The notes: generated by a model not told the origin, from the sequence alone. Shown: positions 23,586 to 36,789, counted from the stretch's first letter. The stretch: 64,000 nt of DNA from Lama guanicoe (GCA_013239625.1 MU053652.1:4949902-5013901), one strand, 5' to 3'. A program made the numbers and translations.

Positions 23586-26500
23586 CCCTTCTGGGGCTTG
23601 TTTCTAAGGTTGAGAAAGAAGCTGATCATTTCTATCAGTTGTCTCCACTCTTTACCCCTTGGCGGATACAGATCCCGTCTGAGCACCAGAACCCTTGCTC
23701 CCCACGCCCACCCCCCGAATTCCCCCAAGGTGAGCCAGAGTTACCCTCTGAAGGCTCATGGAGGGAAGGACAAACCTTTGCACCCACAGCAAAAAGCCAG
23801 TTCACAGGAGTCATGGGTTTTTCACTTAGCACACTCAATTTACGCTTTGTAGGAAAATAGCTAATAAAGGCGGACTGTGCCCTTTAGAAAAACAGAGGGA
23901 GGGAAGCGTTGGGTGAGGCAGCAACGTCCATCAACTGCTGCCATGCTGCCTCTTTGTGAGAGCTGAGCACACGCAGCCAACTCCACAAATAAGGCCACAG
24001 AGAACAGGCTCCATGGGATTTCTTGCTCATCACCTGCAGTCTCCTTGCCCACTCAGCTTTGGTCCGAGGAGCCAAACACAGTGGGCTCTCATTCCTGTCG
24101 CAGCAGCCGGGAAACGAGTAACCCCAGCTGCAGAGAAGCAGAGTAACAGGCAGAGGGAGAGGTCACTGGTGGCTGGGTAGGAAAGGGACAGCTCCTGATA
24201 AATGAATTGGCACCGCCTGCCATTTTTCCTTGCCGCCACTTTAATCAATAAGGGAAAAGGTGAATTGCTATTGATCTCTTCAACATCTCTCAACGATACT
24301 GTACAAATTACAGAAACACAAGGGGGAGGGTGAAAGAATGAGAGAGAAAGGGCAGATGAAAGAAGTCTGGGCAGTGTGAGAAGGCTGGACCTCCCTAGAG
24401 CTGGTCCTTCCTGTCACGGGGTGTTAGGGATGCTCAGGTGCACGTGCGAACGTGTCAGGAAGAGCCCTCCTCACACCCTGCAGGGCAGCCGCGGAGAGCA
24501 GTCTTGGGGCCCCCTCCACACCTCGGTGCCTCCTGGGCCTCAGCAGAGCAGGTTAAGCCACGTGGTTCCTCCTGATGCGAGGCCTGAGGTCTGTACTTTG
24601 CGAGGCTCTATGGATCCCAAGGCTTCATGAAGTTTTGACGTTGCCATTCTTTAGTGGTGTTTGGCCGGGCTATCTCAACAGCTCGCTAAAATTCTGTACA
24701 GGACGCAAGATTCAGATGCTTCGAGAGTAATCTCTAGCTCCACTGTACTCACCCACCTGTGGGTCAACTGGCAAAATAAAAACTAGACAGGAAGCCGAAA
24801 CCATCTTGCCTCATACTTCATAATAACAAAAATGATGGCTTGTGGGGTTCAAGCCTGTCCTTTGAAATGCTCAGGGCTGAAAGATAGGTCACGAAGATCA
24901 GAGGCCAGGGTTAAAAGATGAGGGGTCAGATCTGAACCCTGGGACGACGACCACCTGCAGACAGGTGAGATGACCAACTGTTTATGTAAACAGAGGCTTC
25001 CCCAGTGAACCCGGAAACAGCACAGGTGGGCATGAGCCCCCAACAGGAAGACATACAAGTAGTGTCTGATTCTCAGGGCTTAGTCCAACCAGGTGGCCTC
25101 AAGGAAGACAGAGAACCGTTCAGTCCTCCGGGACAGTGGCAGTTTAGGAAGTACTGCTTATCAGAACCAAAGTCATGTCAAGAAAGAGGCAATGTAACAG
25201 ACTGTATGGCAGAGAGAAAAGGGAAATTCGGCCCATGGTTAGCCTAGTGAGGTAAAGAACGCTCAGATCTCAGGGTCTGCGAACACAGTTCTGCTGTTTC
25301 ATCATTTCGGTCTAACTATTCAGATGCAGGTCTCTCTAGGTCACACAGAGCCCCCGGCTTGTGCGTGGTTAACTGTCACCTGGAGCTGGCAACCCTTCTC
25401 TACAGATGTGGGGATAACTGAAGGCCCCTCAGGAACCTCGCCATCATGCCTTTGAGTCCTCCAGGCTGAGGAGGGCCAAATGCTCCCATTTTGCAGATGG
25501 TGAAACCAAGGCAGGCAGTCACATACCAAATACAAAGCAGAACCCAACCATAAAAACCCACGCGTGAAAGCAGTGAGCCCTTCAGGATGCTCTTGGCACT
25601 CTGACTTAAATCATTCTCCAGAGACAGTGACTCAGGGTGTAATTGTGTAATGCTGAAATCAATGACAATACAGTTCGCCAGTCTCCCCACGTCCCTCCCA
25701 CAAATACCTGAAGGGCCAAAACGTAGAGCAAAATAAAATACAAGTTACAAAGCTGCTGATGTGTTTAGAGTGGAAGTGCTGAGATTAGAAGGAGGAAGTG
25801 GTGAAGTGCACCCTGGGCGGCTGGAAATGGCCACGTCTGCAGCCCTGTAAACCGGTGAAGGATGAGCCCTGGTTGCCTCTGCCAGGCAGACAGAGACGGC
25901 CCCACACTCAGGAGCGAGAGCACGGCTGTAAGAGGGCGTGAAGATAAGAAACAACTATTTAGCAAACACCAGTATCCTCCTACAAGGAATCTTCCAATTC
26001 CGAAAGTGACCCTATTCTAAAATTACCAAGTGGCAAGTAGCCAGGCCAAAAATCCATATCCAATCAGTGGTAATGGACTATTTGTTGCATTTCCTCATAT
26101 AAGGTTGGAACACTGCTATAAAAATCCTGGGTCAGTGGTTTCAGACTTATTTAACTGGAGCGGTAACAGCATCCCAGCATCCCAGCACTGCGAGCACATA
26201 GAGACTTCTGAAGTGCAGTGGCCCCTGCAGGGCTCTGGTTGGGAAAGGAGGAACCTGTTGGTCTTATTTGCATGATCTTCCACCTCTGGGTATACATTCA
26301 GTGCCAAGATCCTTTCTTGGCGACTATCACAAAGAATTCCACTGCATTAAGAGAAGGAAAAGGGGGAAGAGGAAGGCATCATGTTAACGTGGAGAGAAAA
26401 ATGACACGGTGCAGCAGCTTCCAATTCCACTTTCCATTCCTGCCTCAGAAGGATAGCTTTTGTTCTTGCTGCAGCGAGCGTCCCAAAGGATTCACCTTGG

Positions 26501-27249
26501 GGTCCTTTTCTTGTCCCTTTCAATCCTGGCTAACATGTAGATCTTTCTTTCAGAGGCTCATCCCTGGCACTCCACTCTCTTCCAAAGATAAACTCATGGC
26601 AATCTTTGGCTACTGTGGTCACGGTCAGGCAGTATGGGGACAAAAAAGAGCACTGCTTCATTATCAGAGGATCAGATGAGGAAGCATGGACTAGCCCAGC
26701 TCTAGATAAGTCATCCACGTAGCCCTCATTTTCAAGTCCCAGTGACACTGGGAAATGAGCAAGGTCACAGTCCAGTGTAAAATGAGAAAGCATGGAGAGC
26801 CCACGGTGTTGGCAGATCACCCTCCAAACCCCCCACGGCAGTGTGAGCACCTGGCACAGATCCTCAAGCCACTCTTCTTTAGACGTTCATGGGGCATGTG
26901 TCCACGTAGCTTCCCTCTCCATAGTGAGGGCTGGCTTACCTGTCCATTGTCAAGTCTAGAAGAGGCTTCATGTGCAGGTTCAGGACTTCTCAGAATTAGT
27001 TTTCCCACTGAACAGGACACTGCCTAGGAAGCAGCTGTTCCCACGTGCAGGATGACGCAGAAGCAGCGGCAGAGACCCTGACTTTTATCTTACTTTGTAG
27101 AAGAGAGACTGGCTGACCCCTCATTCTGCTTAAAGGCTCCTAACACATATGCCTAATGCCCAGCACCCCTGCCTACTCCGAGTATAGCAGTTTGTCCTCA
27201 GTCAAGTTCTCATCCTAGATTTTTAGCTAAATCCCAACAGAATTCTGAC

Positions 27250-27545
27250 TCATAATAAAAATGATGCTATGAACTGTTGCTCACTGTTCACTATCAGAGC
27301 ACCAGTGCTGGGCACAATACACAAATACATTATTTCCACAATGACCCTACAGAGAAGGTACCTTTGTTGTAGGTAAGGCAATTAGGTTTAGCAGGACAGC
27401 TGCATCACACCACCCCAGGGGCACAGTTTGTGTTGAATTCTACTATGCATCAAGACTGCCCTGGTTTTAGAGAGGCTAAGGATCGTGTTCAAGGTCACAC
27501 AGTAAATGGTGACGATGGAATGAGAACCCAGGTCTGATGCTGCAC
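27250..27545 (-). mobile_element. MIR fragment(s)
   Basis: ccacaatgaccctac...agagaggctaag...caaggtcacacagtaaatgg...gaacccaggtctg. Confidence 0.65.
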
Positions 27546-30394
27546 ACGTTACTAACAGAAGTGAAGTGACCAGGAAGGGAAACTTGTCCTTAAATGTTCT
27601 GGTGAGGGGTCTAAGAATGAGCTTATCCTCCCTGAAAATGTGACACATGTTGTTCAGACCAGGTTAGGGGATCTCCACTGTTAATTCTCAAGCTTGCTCA
27701 TAATCTTATTTCATGCACCAGTGCATTTCATAACAGACCATTGGTCACTTTCATTTTCAAAATCCATTTAAGTTCAGCTGACCAGAGACTGTCACGGGTG
27801 GAGCGGCAAGCGGCAAGTTCATCAACAGAGCCAGGTGTAGAACCCAGAAGATCTCGTGCAGTCCTTGGCGGCAGGCGCAGGGGGTGGGCAAGCTAATGAC
27901 AAGAAGCGGACAGGGTGAAGGTTGGCTCATCCAGCGGAACAGGCCTGCCTGCGTCCTTGGGGGAGCCGCACGACCAGCACCGGAACGTCGGCACTACCTG
28001 GAGAGCAAACGCAGTCCACAATCTGCTTCCTCCTCGCCGGCAGCTCCGGCGGCCCTGCTATTGTCTATCAGGGGCTGTGTTTTCAAATGAAATCAGCTGA
28101 ATTATCTAATTCCAAGGGGAAATTATTAATATTCAGGCAGCAGGTTTGTCTGGGAATAGTTAAGACAAACAGAACAGGGAGGCATGAGGCCTGAAGACCC
28201 CCAAATACGCCGGCATGAAAGCTCACACCCAAGTCTCCACGGGCGTGGGCTGGGGTGCCTGGGGCGGACGCGAAGCTCTTCTGGAAATAGGGCGGGGCTC
28301 ATCTGTCTGGGGCCGCCTTTTGTGCAAAAAGTAAATACGATCTAAAGGTATTAATGAACTAGAACTATTTTCCAAATTAGGCTTCCAGAAAGAAGTGGAC
28401 AGATTTCATAATAAGGGATTTCACCTGAAAGACACAGATTCTGAGTCCCTCTCCTTCAGCCCTTTGTAATTGAGAATGTTAGCTTCTCCCCCAACCCCCT
28501 GGCTTTTTTCTTTTTTAAAAAGAGAATTCTAACCAAAGCTTAAGAAGCAGTGAATACCCAGGATGACTGAAGAGGTAAGAGAAACTTAAATTAAAATAAA
28601 TGGCACCCAGCTCACCTGGCACAGGCCTCCCCTTGGAGGAGTCCAGTGCTCTCTCACCTCCTGATGGCAATTCTCCATCTGTTCGGGTCAGAGGCTCTCT
28701 GCAGCTCTACGGAAGGGAGACTGGGAGGCCGAACGTGCCTGGCAGTAGCCGGTTTCCACAGGGATGGTTCATAAAGAGCACTGTTTTATGTCAGGCAGGC
28801 AGACAGTATCGAACACCAGAGGAGGCAGGGGTGCTGCTTGGCAAGGCTCTGTCTGAAGGATTTTCATGACCTTACGTTTGTAGTGACAATCTGTTCGTGA
28901 CCCAGTAAATGCATTCTCCAATGGCAATCCCTGCCCACTATACACACTTCCAGGCCTCAATTTAGATAAGGTTCAAAGTAAGTACCGTGGACCATTCTAG
29001 CAGAAAGATGCAAGAGGAAGTCATGTTTGAGTCTTTCACAGCTCTATCCTGGGACTCATGTGGTTAGAACTGAAGATGGAAAGGAAAAATCAGTGCCAGG
29101 GACTGTCTTGGCATTGCCAAGGCATCTACTTGTGGAAGAAATGACTACACATCTAATTTCCTTTTACTGGTAGAAATAGTAAGAAGAACCAGACTGAACT
29201 GTCAAGGAAAACACTCAAGTCTCTTAAGGAAGAGTTCACAGTAGTGGAACCAATTCCCCAGGGAAAGGAAGAATCCCTCCACTGAAAAGGATTTCCTTCT
29301 CTGGGACAGAATTACATCCTTGAGACCTTACATCTTCTATGCCCCAAGGAGGCCAAATCTCTTGTGGCCCTAAACCTTATTCTGCTCCAGATCCCAGCAG
29401 CCAGCCTGGGATGTGAACATTAGCCTCTGGAGGGCTGTGAGGCCTATCAAACCTGGACCAGTCAGGCTGTATGATATAATTACAGGTAATAAGATCTTGG
29501 CCAAGCCAGTGAAGAATTAGGCCCAGCAGCTATTTCAGAAGAATGGATGCAATTCTCTGCCTGACTGGCTATGAAAGTTCCAAGCAGAAGAATAGGGGAG
29601 CAGACAACGGCCAGCTGAGCCAGCAGCTTTGCTGAGAGGAATCCCACTGGAGCCAGCACTCCGCTGGCTCCTGTCAGTGCATGCTGCTGAGCTTGCTCGG
29701 GGAGGGCGACCGGTGACTGGCTCCCAAGGAGTTTAAAAGCCGACAGGGGAGACCCAGGGGAGCCAAGGGAAGGGGAACAAAGGGCAATTGTGACATTCTT
29801 CATTTTGACCTCACCTTATCATTTTGATGCCACTTTCATTTAGGGGCTAGAACGGGACTTGAGGGCCCTCCTTCCAGAGTTTTTAGAGCTACTTGGCAAG
29901 GGTTAGGTAGGGCCTGTACGTGGGCAGATAACAGCCTAGTATTCACTTGGTGCTTAAAGCCCACCACTGAACAGGAATTTGAACTTCAAACTAAATCCTT
30001 CACCTCATTTAATAGTTAGATCAACAAAGCAGAGGATGGTAAATGACAAGGGAGAGAAAGAGATAAGTAGCCTGTACCAGGAGAGTGGTGAAGGGACACC
30101 AATGTTTCCTAGTTGAACACTGAAAGTTTTTCAAAACACTCAAATACCATTATCTCATTACCCACCTGTACGATGGGGAGACCCAGGGAGGTCAGGGTCC
30201 CATAGTAAGCATAAAATCAGGTCTTAGTAATTGGCTTTTTCAATGAGAAGTTCATTAATTAACAGCTGTGTGTCCAGCCTCAATATTCCAAAGACTTCCT
30301 CCCTGCCCCACAAAGGCTGAGCTTAGAGAACTTTTCCAAAACTGTAAGACAAGAACAGGTCTTCTTCCCGATCTCTAGAATTAGGTCACAGGGA

Positions 30395-31000
30395 ATCAAT
30401 CAGTTGATTTAATGAGTATCTATCTATTGCATAGCTCCCACACACCAAGCAAAATACAGAGAACACAAAGACAAAAGCATGCTTCTTGTCCTGGAGGAGC
30501 TACCAATCTAGTGCAGAAGCCAACACAGACAGATGCCTTCAACATCGTTGGCCAGTACATGACAGATGCATGTATGTACAAGGCGTTTGAGACTGAAGGA
30601 AGGTCATCTCTCCCAGCCTGAGAGATCCAGGAAGGGCTTCCTGGAGGAGGAGGTGCGTCTTGAAGGACAGGGAAGAACAGAGAGCACAGGAGGGGAATGG
30701 TTTATATACTGGGTAGAGACAGTAAGCTGATGTGGGGTAAGGGATGGGAAAAATGGAGTGGAAAGTTATGAATGGAGAATTTTGAGTTCAATAAGGTCCC
30801 TTCTGATCACGTACAGGCAATGAAATGAGTAGTGGCGATTTTCGAAGTTGAGAGGTAGTCAAGGATATACATAAACCCAGAAGACTGGTCTTTATCCCAG
30901 AGGCAACGGGGAGTTTAAGGAAGATTAGTGACAGAGATGTGGATATACATGATCAAACTGAAATGAAGCCAGGTAAGTTAGAGAGGAATCAGGAAGTCAA
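30395..31000 (-). mobile_element. L2 LINE 3' portion
   Basis: ttgtcctggaggagctaccaatctagtg and ggaagggcttcctggaggagg are reverse complements of L2 3' motifs; the upper boundary is uncertain. Confidence 0.7.
30520..30850 (-). other. SND1-IT1: Region orthologous to the human SND1-IT1 (NAG8/C7orf54) putative ORF, frameshifted here
   Basis: Colinear peptides IRRDLI, FSIHNFPLHFSH, LTVSTQYINHSPPVLS, LLQEALPGSLRLGEMTFLQ and HASVMYWPTMLK in changing frames resemble the recalled human sequence; ~6 kb 3' of the SND1 exon on the same strand. Confidence 0.65.
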
Positions 31001-31259
31001 AAGATCTAAGAAGCCTGACAAGAGGAGAGTAAATACTTTGGGGAGGCATGGTATGAGCAGCCTCCTCAGAGCCCTCCACAGTCTCATGAGCTCCCAGAAC
31101 CACCCTCAGCAGCAGCTGCCCACTGAGTCAGTGCTGGACCTCCAGGGAGACCCTTTACTAATTCATTCGTTCCAGATACTGAAGGGTTGAGAAATACACA
31201 ACATGGCTAAAAAGAATGACCACCTTCTAATAGCAAAACTGGCAAAATTCTAGGAGAAA

Positions 31260-31475
31260 AAGCGCCTGATTGGGAATGCAGACATTTGGGTTTGGGGACT
31301 TATTCTACAATAAGCTTTGTGAATAGAGGCAGTTCACTCTGCATCTTAGATTCCAAAACTGTAAAACTGGGGATAATATTTCTCTTATAGGTTTACTGTG
31401 AGATTAAAACAAAATACTGTATGTGTGAAAGCACTCTTACACCAGAAAATGCTATATAAAATGAAAGTTTGATCA
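31260..31475 (+). mobile_element. MIR SINE
   Basis: ctgtaaaactggggataata...ataggtttactgtgagattaaa...tgaaagcactct. Confidence 0.7.
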
Positions 31476-33205
31476 CTATTAAGACAAAGTCTTTACCAGA
31501 GCCCCCTTCAAAGAAAATAGCCTTAAATGGAGAACAGATTGAAAGACCACTGGTGGGTGATGAGCTGTCAAGCATGTGTGGGGAGGTGAGAAAAGCCTTA
31601 GCCCTCGAATAGCCTTAAGACCTCGTGGGACAGGAGAGCCGCTTAGAAAGCTGGCTGTATGACATCCCCTCTTCCTGGACAGTGGCAGAGATAATCTAGA
31701 CCAGGGTGTTTCTGTGCAAATAAATGCAACATCGCTGGACAGCTGGCTTGCATTTCCAGTGGGTTATTATTCCCAGCTCAGCGAGGGCTACCGGGGGAAT
31801 GGCACTGATGGAGCGTTAGGGAGCAGTGGGGGTCCTCCACCCTGAGGGACTTCCCTGGGGTTCGAACTACCCTCATCGCTTTGATCCAGAGATACAACTT
31901 GGCCACTATGCCTCCTCCCACGTGTCTCCTGGACAGGGAAGGGGCCCACACAGACAGATGGGAGTGGGAAGGGTGAGGGTACGTGCCGCTGCACTTGTAG
32001 GGAAAGACAGAGGGCATGGGGGAAAACACAGATTTAGATCAACAGTGACTGCTTAGACCAATTTCTTTTTCAGACAAGACACAGCACACTTGGTGGTAAA
32101 ACAAAGGAGAAGGAACTACTTCCCTTCCAACCCCCTCCATAAATATACATCGCTATTGACTGCTAAGTCCATTTTCCTTTGAAACATAAATACTTGTTCT
32201 TCAAACCACAACAGTTGCTTGTGATGCTTTTATGCATTTTTGTTTTTAGAAAAGCAGGGGTAGTGGGAGGAAGGGAATCCAGGGCTGTGCCTTGGCCACT
32301 GTAGCCTGCAGAATGAGCTCCCCAGGGGGACATCCTCCCTTCTGATGCCAGCAGGAAGAAGGGAAATAGGTCAGGGCAGCAGCCGGAGTTTTCAGCTCGC
32401 TGTCCAGCACGAGGACGTCATTTTCCAGGCAGCAGCAGAGGGCAATTTTGGCAATCTCAGAGAGGACAAAGGGGTCATTGAGGAAGGCCTTGTAAATGAT
32501 CCCCAAATCTCCATACACCCTGCCCCTCACCCCAAGGAACAGCACCTCGAGGCTACAGCCTGGGACTGGGAAGAGGGTTCAGTGGCGGCACTGATCTTTT
32601 AATAATACCTTAGGGCCCCCTCTCTGAAAGCGCAGGTTGTCCTAACGGCGCCGTAGGGGCAGCAGCTGGTCAGGGAGCGAGTGCTGGCTAGCTGGCCCTC
32701 CGACATGATGGTGTGCAGAGATCCCCAATGTTTTATTCACGGGAAGGGCCTCAAAAAGGAAGAGGGTGGCTTGGGATCACTGGATCACTGTTTTAGACAG
32801 GAATGCCAGGGCAGGAAGGAATCACTTACCCAGGACCACATGATAACTGGAGTGTGAAAATCTCGGAGTTTGCACTTTAAAGCCGGTTAGCTAATGTTCT
32901 TCCTCACCACTACTTCTGGGAACATGCCAGCAACGGACACAATTCCCCATCTGGGAGATTACACCACATCTTCCTGTCCTTGGCAGGGTGGCAGGGAATT
33001 GCCTGAAAAAGGCAGCTGTATGGGGGGTGGGGGTGGGGTGCCTGGAAAAGGGGGCATCACCAAGCACATGCCATCCAATGGGACACAATGATCTCACGTT
33101 CTGTGGTCCAGAAGTAACCCAGACTCAAAGGCAGGGGACACGAGGACAGACTCATTTTCAGGGCTGTACCGGGCCATTTAAACCCAACTCGGCAAACCCT
33201 GCACA

Positions 33206-33420
33206 GCAGGGTCAGCAAACATTTTTGATAACAAGACAGTAAATGTTTTAGGCTTTGTGAGCCATATATCCTGTTGTAACTGCTCAACTCTGCAGTTATA
33301 ACATGAAAGGAGCCATAGACAGTACATGAAAAGGTTAGTGTGGCTGGGTTTCAATAAAGCTTTATTTACAAAAACTGGCAGTCGGGTGGATTTGCCCAAT
33401 GTGGCTACAAACCAACTGAG
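33206..33420. mobile_element. MER58A (hAT-Charlie)
   Basis: cagggtcagcaaac...gtaaatgttttaggctttgtgagccata...caataaagctttatttacaaaaac. Confidence 0.85.
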
Positions 33421-36400
33421 TGAGGCTGGGAAGAACTGTTGGAGTCCTCTGTGAGTTCTCTGGTTGCTTTGGCCTTCAAGGTCACAAAGAGAATCAGGTA
33501 ACAACATGGTGTCTAGCTTACTGTTCTCGCCCTGAAGCTGGCAGCACCACCAGAACACCAAGACCACTGACCTGGAACAGTCCTCCCAGACTCGGGACTC
33601 AGGGAAAGGAACAAGAGCCAGTGGGAACCAATGGCTGAGGAGAAGGACCACGGAGCAAGAGGGAGAAAAAGAAGAGAGGCAATGAAAGGTGGCAGGGGAG
33701 ACACTCAGGAAAATAGGCTGAGTGATGGTCAGAAACGTCAGGTGCTCTGTCCAGACCAGTGTCACTGTAAAACACATCTCCGCAAGCAAGGCTCTCAGGT
33801 CTCCAGATCACGGGGCCCATGTGCAATGGGAAGAGTCTCGTGTGAGGCAGTGCAGGCTCCACGTGAGGACGTGGGGTGGAAAGACTACAAGTCTGCCTTC
33901 ACCCAAAACAGAGAAAGACGCAGGCAGCAATTCCCGCTCCATCTACCCAGAGCTGGGACAATGCACTTCAAAAACAGGGAGTCAGGTTTCTGAGCCAGGT
34001 GTCCTGTGCCCCAGCTTTCTGCCTGCTCCCCGGCAGGGGCTGACCTAGGGACAGTGTCCATTACATAGTCCTCTTCAAGTCAGCCTATGGGTTCCTGAGT
34101 CCAACTTGAGGGAGATACCTATGGGGGGTCACACAAGGGACCCAGGAGGTGCCGTGAAATCATGAGATCTGTGTGTTTCTCCTTTTCTGTATGATACAGC
34201 AGATTTATAGTCACTGGGAAAAGCAGTTACTGGGAAAGCAACTGGGAAAAAAGGGGGGTAGAGAAATCCTGGTCAAAAATAAGATACCAAAATTTCAAGA
34301 GGAGGGATGGGATAGGGTCAGGGACACTCACATCTTCACAACACACGAGGACCTGAGCGCAATCTGATTATCAAGGGAACAGGCACAAGGAAAGAAGACC
34401 TGCTCGTCTGCAGCCATCTCAGCAGCGGCCCGGCCCCAGCAGGGGTCTCTGGCGGCACCCCACACGGAGCCTGCCCTGAAGGTAAGAGCTCCGTGAGGTG
34501 GGAGGCTGTGGGCCCACGCGACCACACTGTCCTTTCTCCAAAGGGTGGGAAGGACCTCTGCACCTGAGTACCAGTCCTTAGGGGTAGGGGGAAGAAGGCA
34601 ACTTCAGGAATGAAAACGAAGGTATGACACGGGTTAAAGGAAGTGAATAAACCTATAACAGAACAAAACCTCTCCATTTCTACACTGTTCAGAAAAGCGT
34701 TTTCATACATTACATGAAGGGAAATGCCCAGGAGAATAGGCTGTAACTGGTTCCTAGAGTCAAAATCCCACGTTATCCTTTGTCTAGGCCAGACTCATCC
34801 TTCCTCTGGATAAAGACCTTTCAAAACAGTCAGCCTAAGTAATCATATAAGTAGCTAAAAATATGCAGAAAGGTTCTTTATCAAGAGGCCCCAACTTACA
34901 GCCACATGAGATCAGGACACCACAACCAAGAAAGATAAATATGAAGTTTGTATTAGACTAAGGATCTGCAGAGTTACTCACATGCCAGGGGCACAGAGAA
35001 GATGGGGAAAGTTTTTTCTTTTTCAACAATCAAATATCAGCAAATACACAGACAAAGGTACGGTCATAATAACCGTGAGAGAGTAAAAGAGCTTTGGGCC
35101 ACTCACTCCTTTCAGTGGTCAGCATTCTCTTTGACTCCCTTGCGCTTTTGGATACCAGCGGGCGATACATATGGTCAGAAAGAAAAGTGGCTGGGGAAAC
35201 AAGAATTGTACGAGGAAGGGAAAGAGGCTTCAGGAGAAGTGAAACAACAGGGAGAGGACTATGGTGAGAAATCTGAGGCAAAACAGAAATGTGGTTTAGG
35301 TTGGAAGTGATGAGGATGTTACTAATGAAGGTCTGAGGCAGCCCAACGACGAGCTTTCCTCCCTCCACCCAAAGCACGACAGACAGACAAACATCTATTC
35401 CTGCTCCCTCTGGATCATGACCTTGAGTGGACTCACCTGCTTTTTCCAACATGAAACCGCTCTGTGGTTCGTTACCCAAAGGATTATTACACAGAGGGAA
35501 ACTCTAAAATATCTGCCCCTTCAACCTAATTCTTGCGCCACGTCAAAAATTTCAACAGCTACTGACAGACAACGGGAGTGCTTGGATTCTGGAAATACCT
35601 CTCCAGCGGGAGGTTATCTTTAACTGTTAACAATTCAACCTAGTTGTGCAGTTACAAAATGTGGGGGTGGAGGGAAGACACCCTGCATGCCAACATAAGG
35701 GTTTCCTCTTTACCAACAAATGCATCTTACCACAAACAAAATACAGGGCAACATGAGACTGATGAGACAATTTGGGGGCTTACGTCCCTCCCCTGACATA
35801 TTCACTGGCCATTCAGATGAAAATGAGAGATGCTGGAACTCATACCCAGGTATCTGTATCACTCGCCATCCCAAAGACGCCCACACACCTGCTCTCAAGA
35901 ACCTACAAAGACCCACGAGCGAGATAACCTCTAGGACCCCCATCATCTTTTTCACTTGGTGCGTATTATGATACTGCATAAAAGCTGGCGGTATCCCATG
36001 GATTTGATTGTAAAAGAAGTGAGGGAAAAAGGCAGATCTAAAATCCTAAGCCTCAGCCCAGCATGCTCCCCCACTGTTCCTTTTTTGTGCCCACCTAGCA
36101 GGATGAGCGACTGGCATACTCCTGGAAAGAAGATGGCTCTGGTGACGAAGGTTGATAAAAATTAGCAGGTAGATGGGCACCATGGCAGCTGAGGAGCCCG
36201 ACTCCTGCCTGCGAGAGCCAGCCNNNNNNNNNNNNNNNNNNNNNNNNNNNNNNNNNNNNNNNNNNNNNNNNNNNNNNNNNNNNNNNNNNNNNNNNNNNNN
36301 NNNNNNNNNNNNNNNNNNNNNNNNNNNNNNNNNNNNNNNNNNNNNNNNNNNNNNNGCTGGAGGCAGGCAGCTCAGGCTAATTCGCCAAGGAGGAGATTGC

Positions 36401-36679
36401 AGGCTGCAGGCTCTCTGCATCAGGGGCCTGGCTGGGCCGGCCTGGTGTTCACCACGCGTCCCAGGACACCCACAGTGGGGAGCAGCCGGAGGGCGGCTGG
36501 CCAGTGAAGCAGGGCTCAAGGAACAGGATGTGGGCAGACACAGAATGGGTCACGGATGTGGGAGGCTGAGCACCGGGGAGAGTGGCAGACTGGTCTCTGA
36601 CACGGCGGAGAAACATGAGACCAAGTGAGCCCGGGTCCTACCTCCTCCTTATACAAGAAGCAACCGAAAGATGTCCTAC

Positions 36680-36789
36680 CTCTCGCTGTAGCACCAGTTC
36701 CTTGGTGAAAAGCGTTGCTTCCTCACTGAACGGCTCTCCCTCCTGCACCAGGCCTGGGAGGTTTCGGGCTCCCCTGGGGCATTCGATGC
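36680..36789 (-). CDS. SND1: SND1 (Tudor-SN/p100) internal coding exon, 110 bp, probably equivalent to human exon 16, within the SN4 domain
   Basis: Minus strand: atttcttttctcccaacacag|GCATCGAATGC...CAGCGAGAG|gtagga, canonical AG/GT; encodes (G)[36 protein letters not shown]. Confidence 0.97.

Noticed and set aside
33178-33789. 203-aa minus-strand ORF
   Set aside because: Non-ATG start, runs through MER58A, no recognisable protein features
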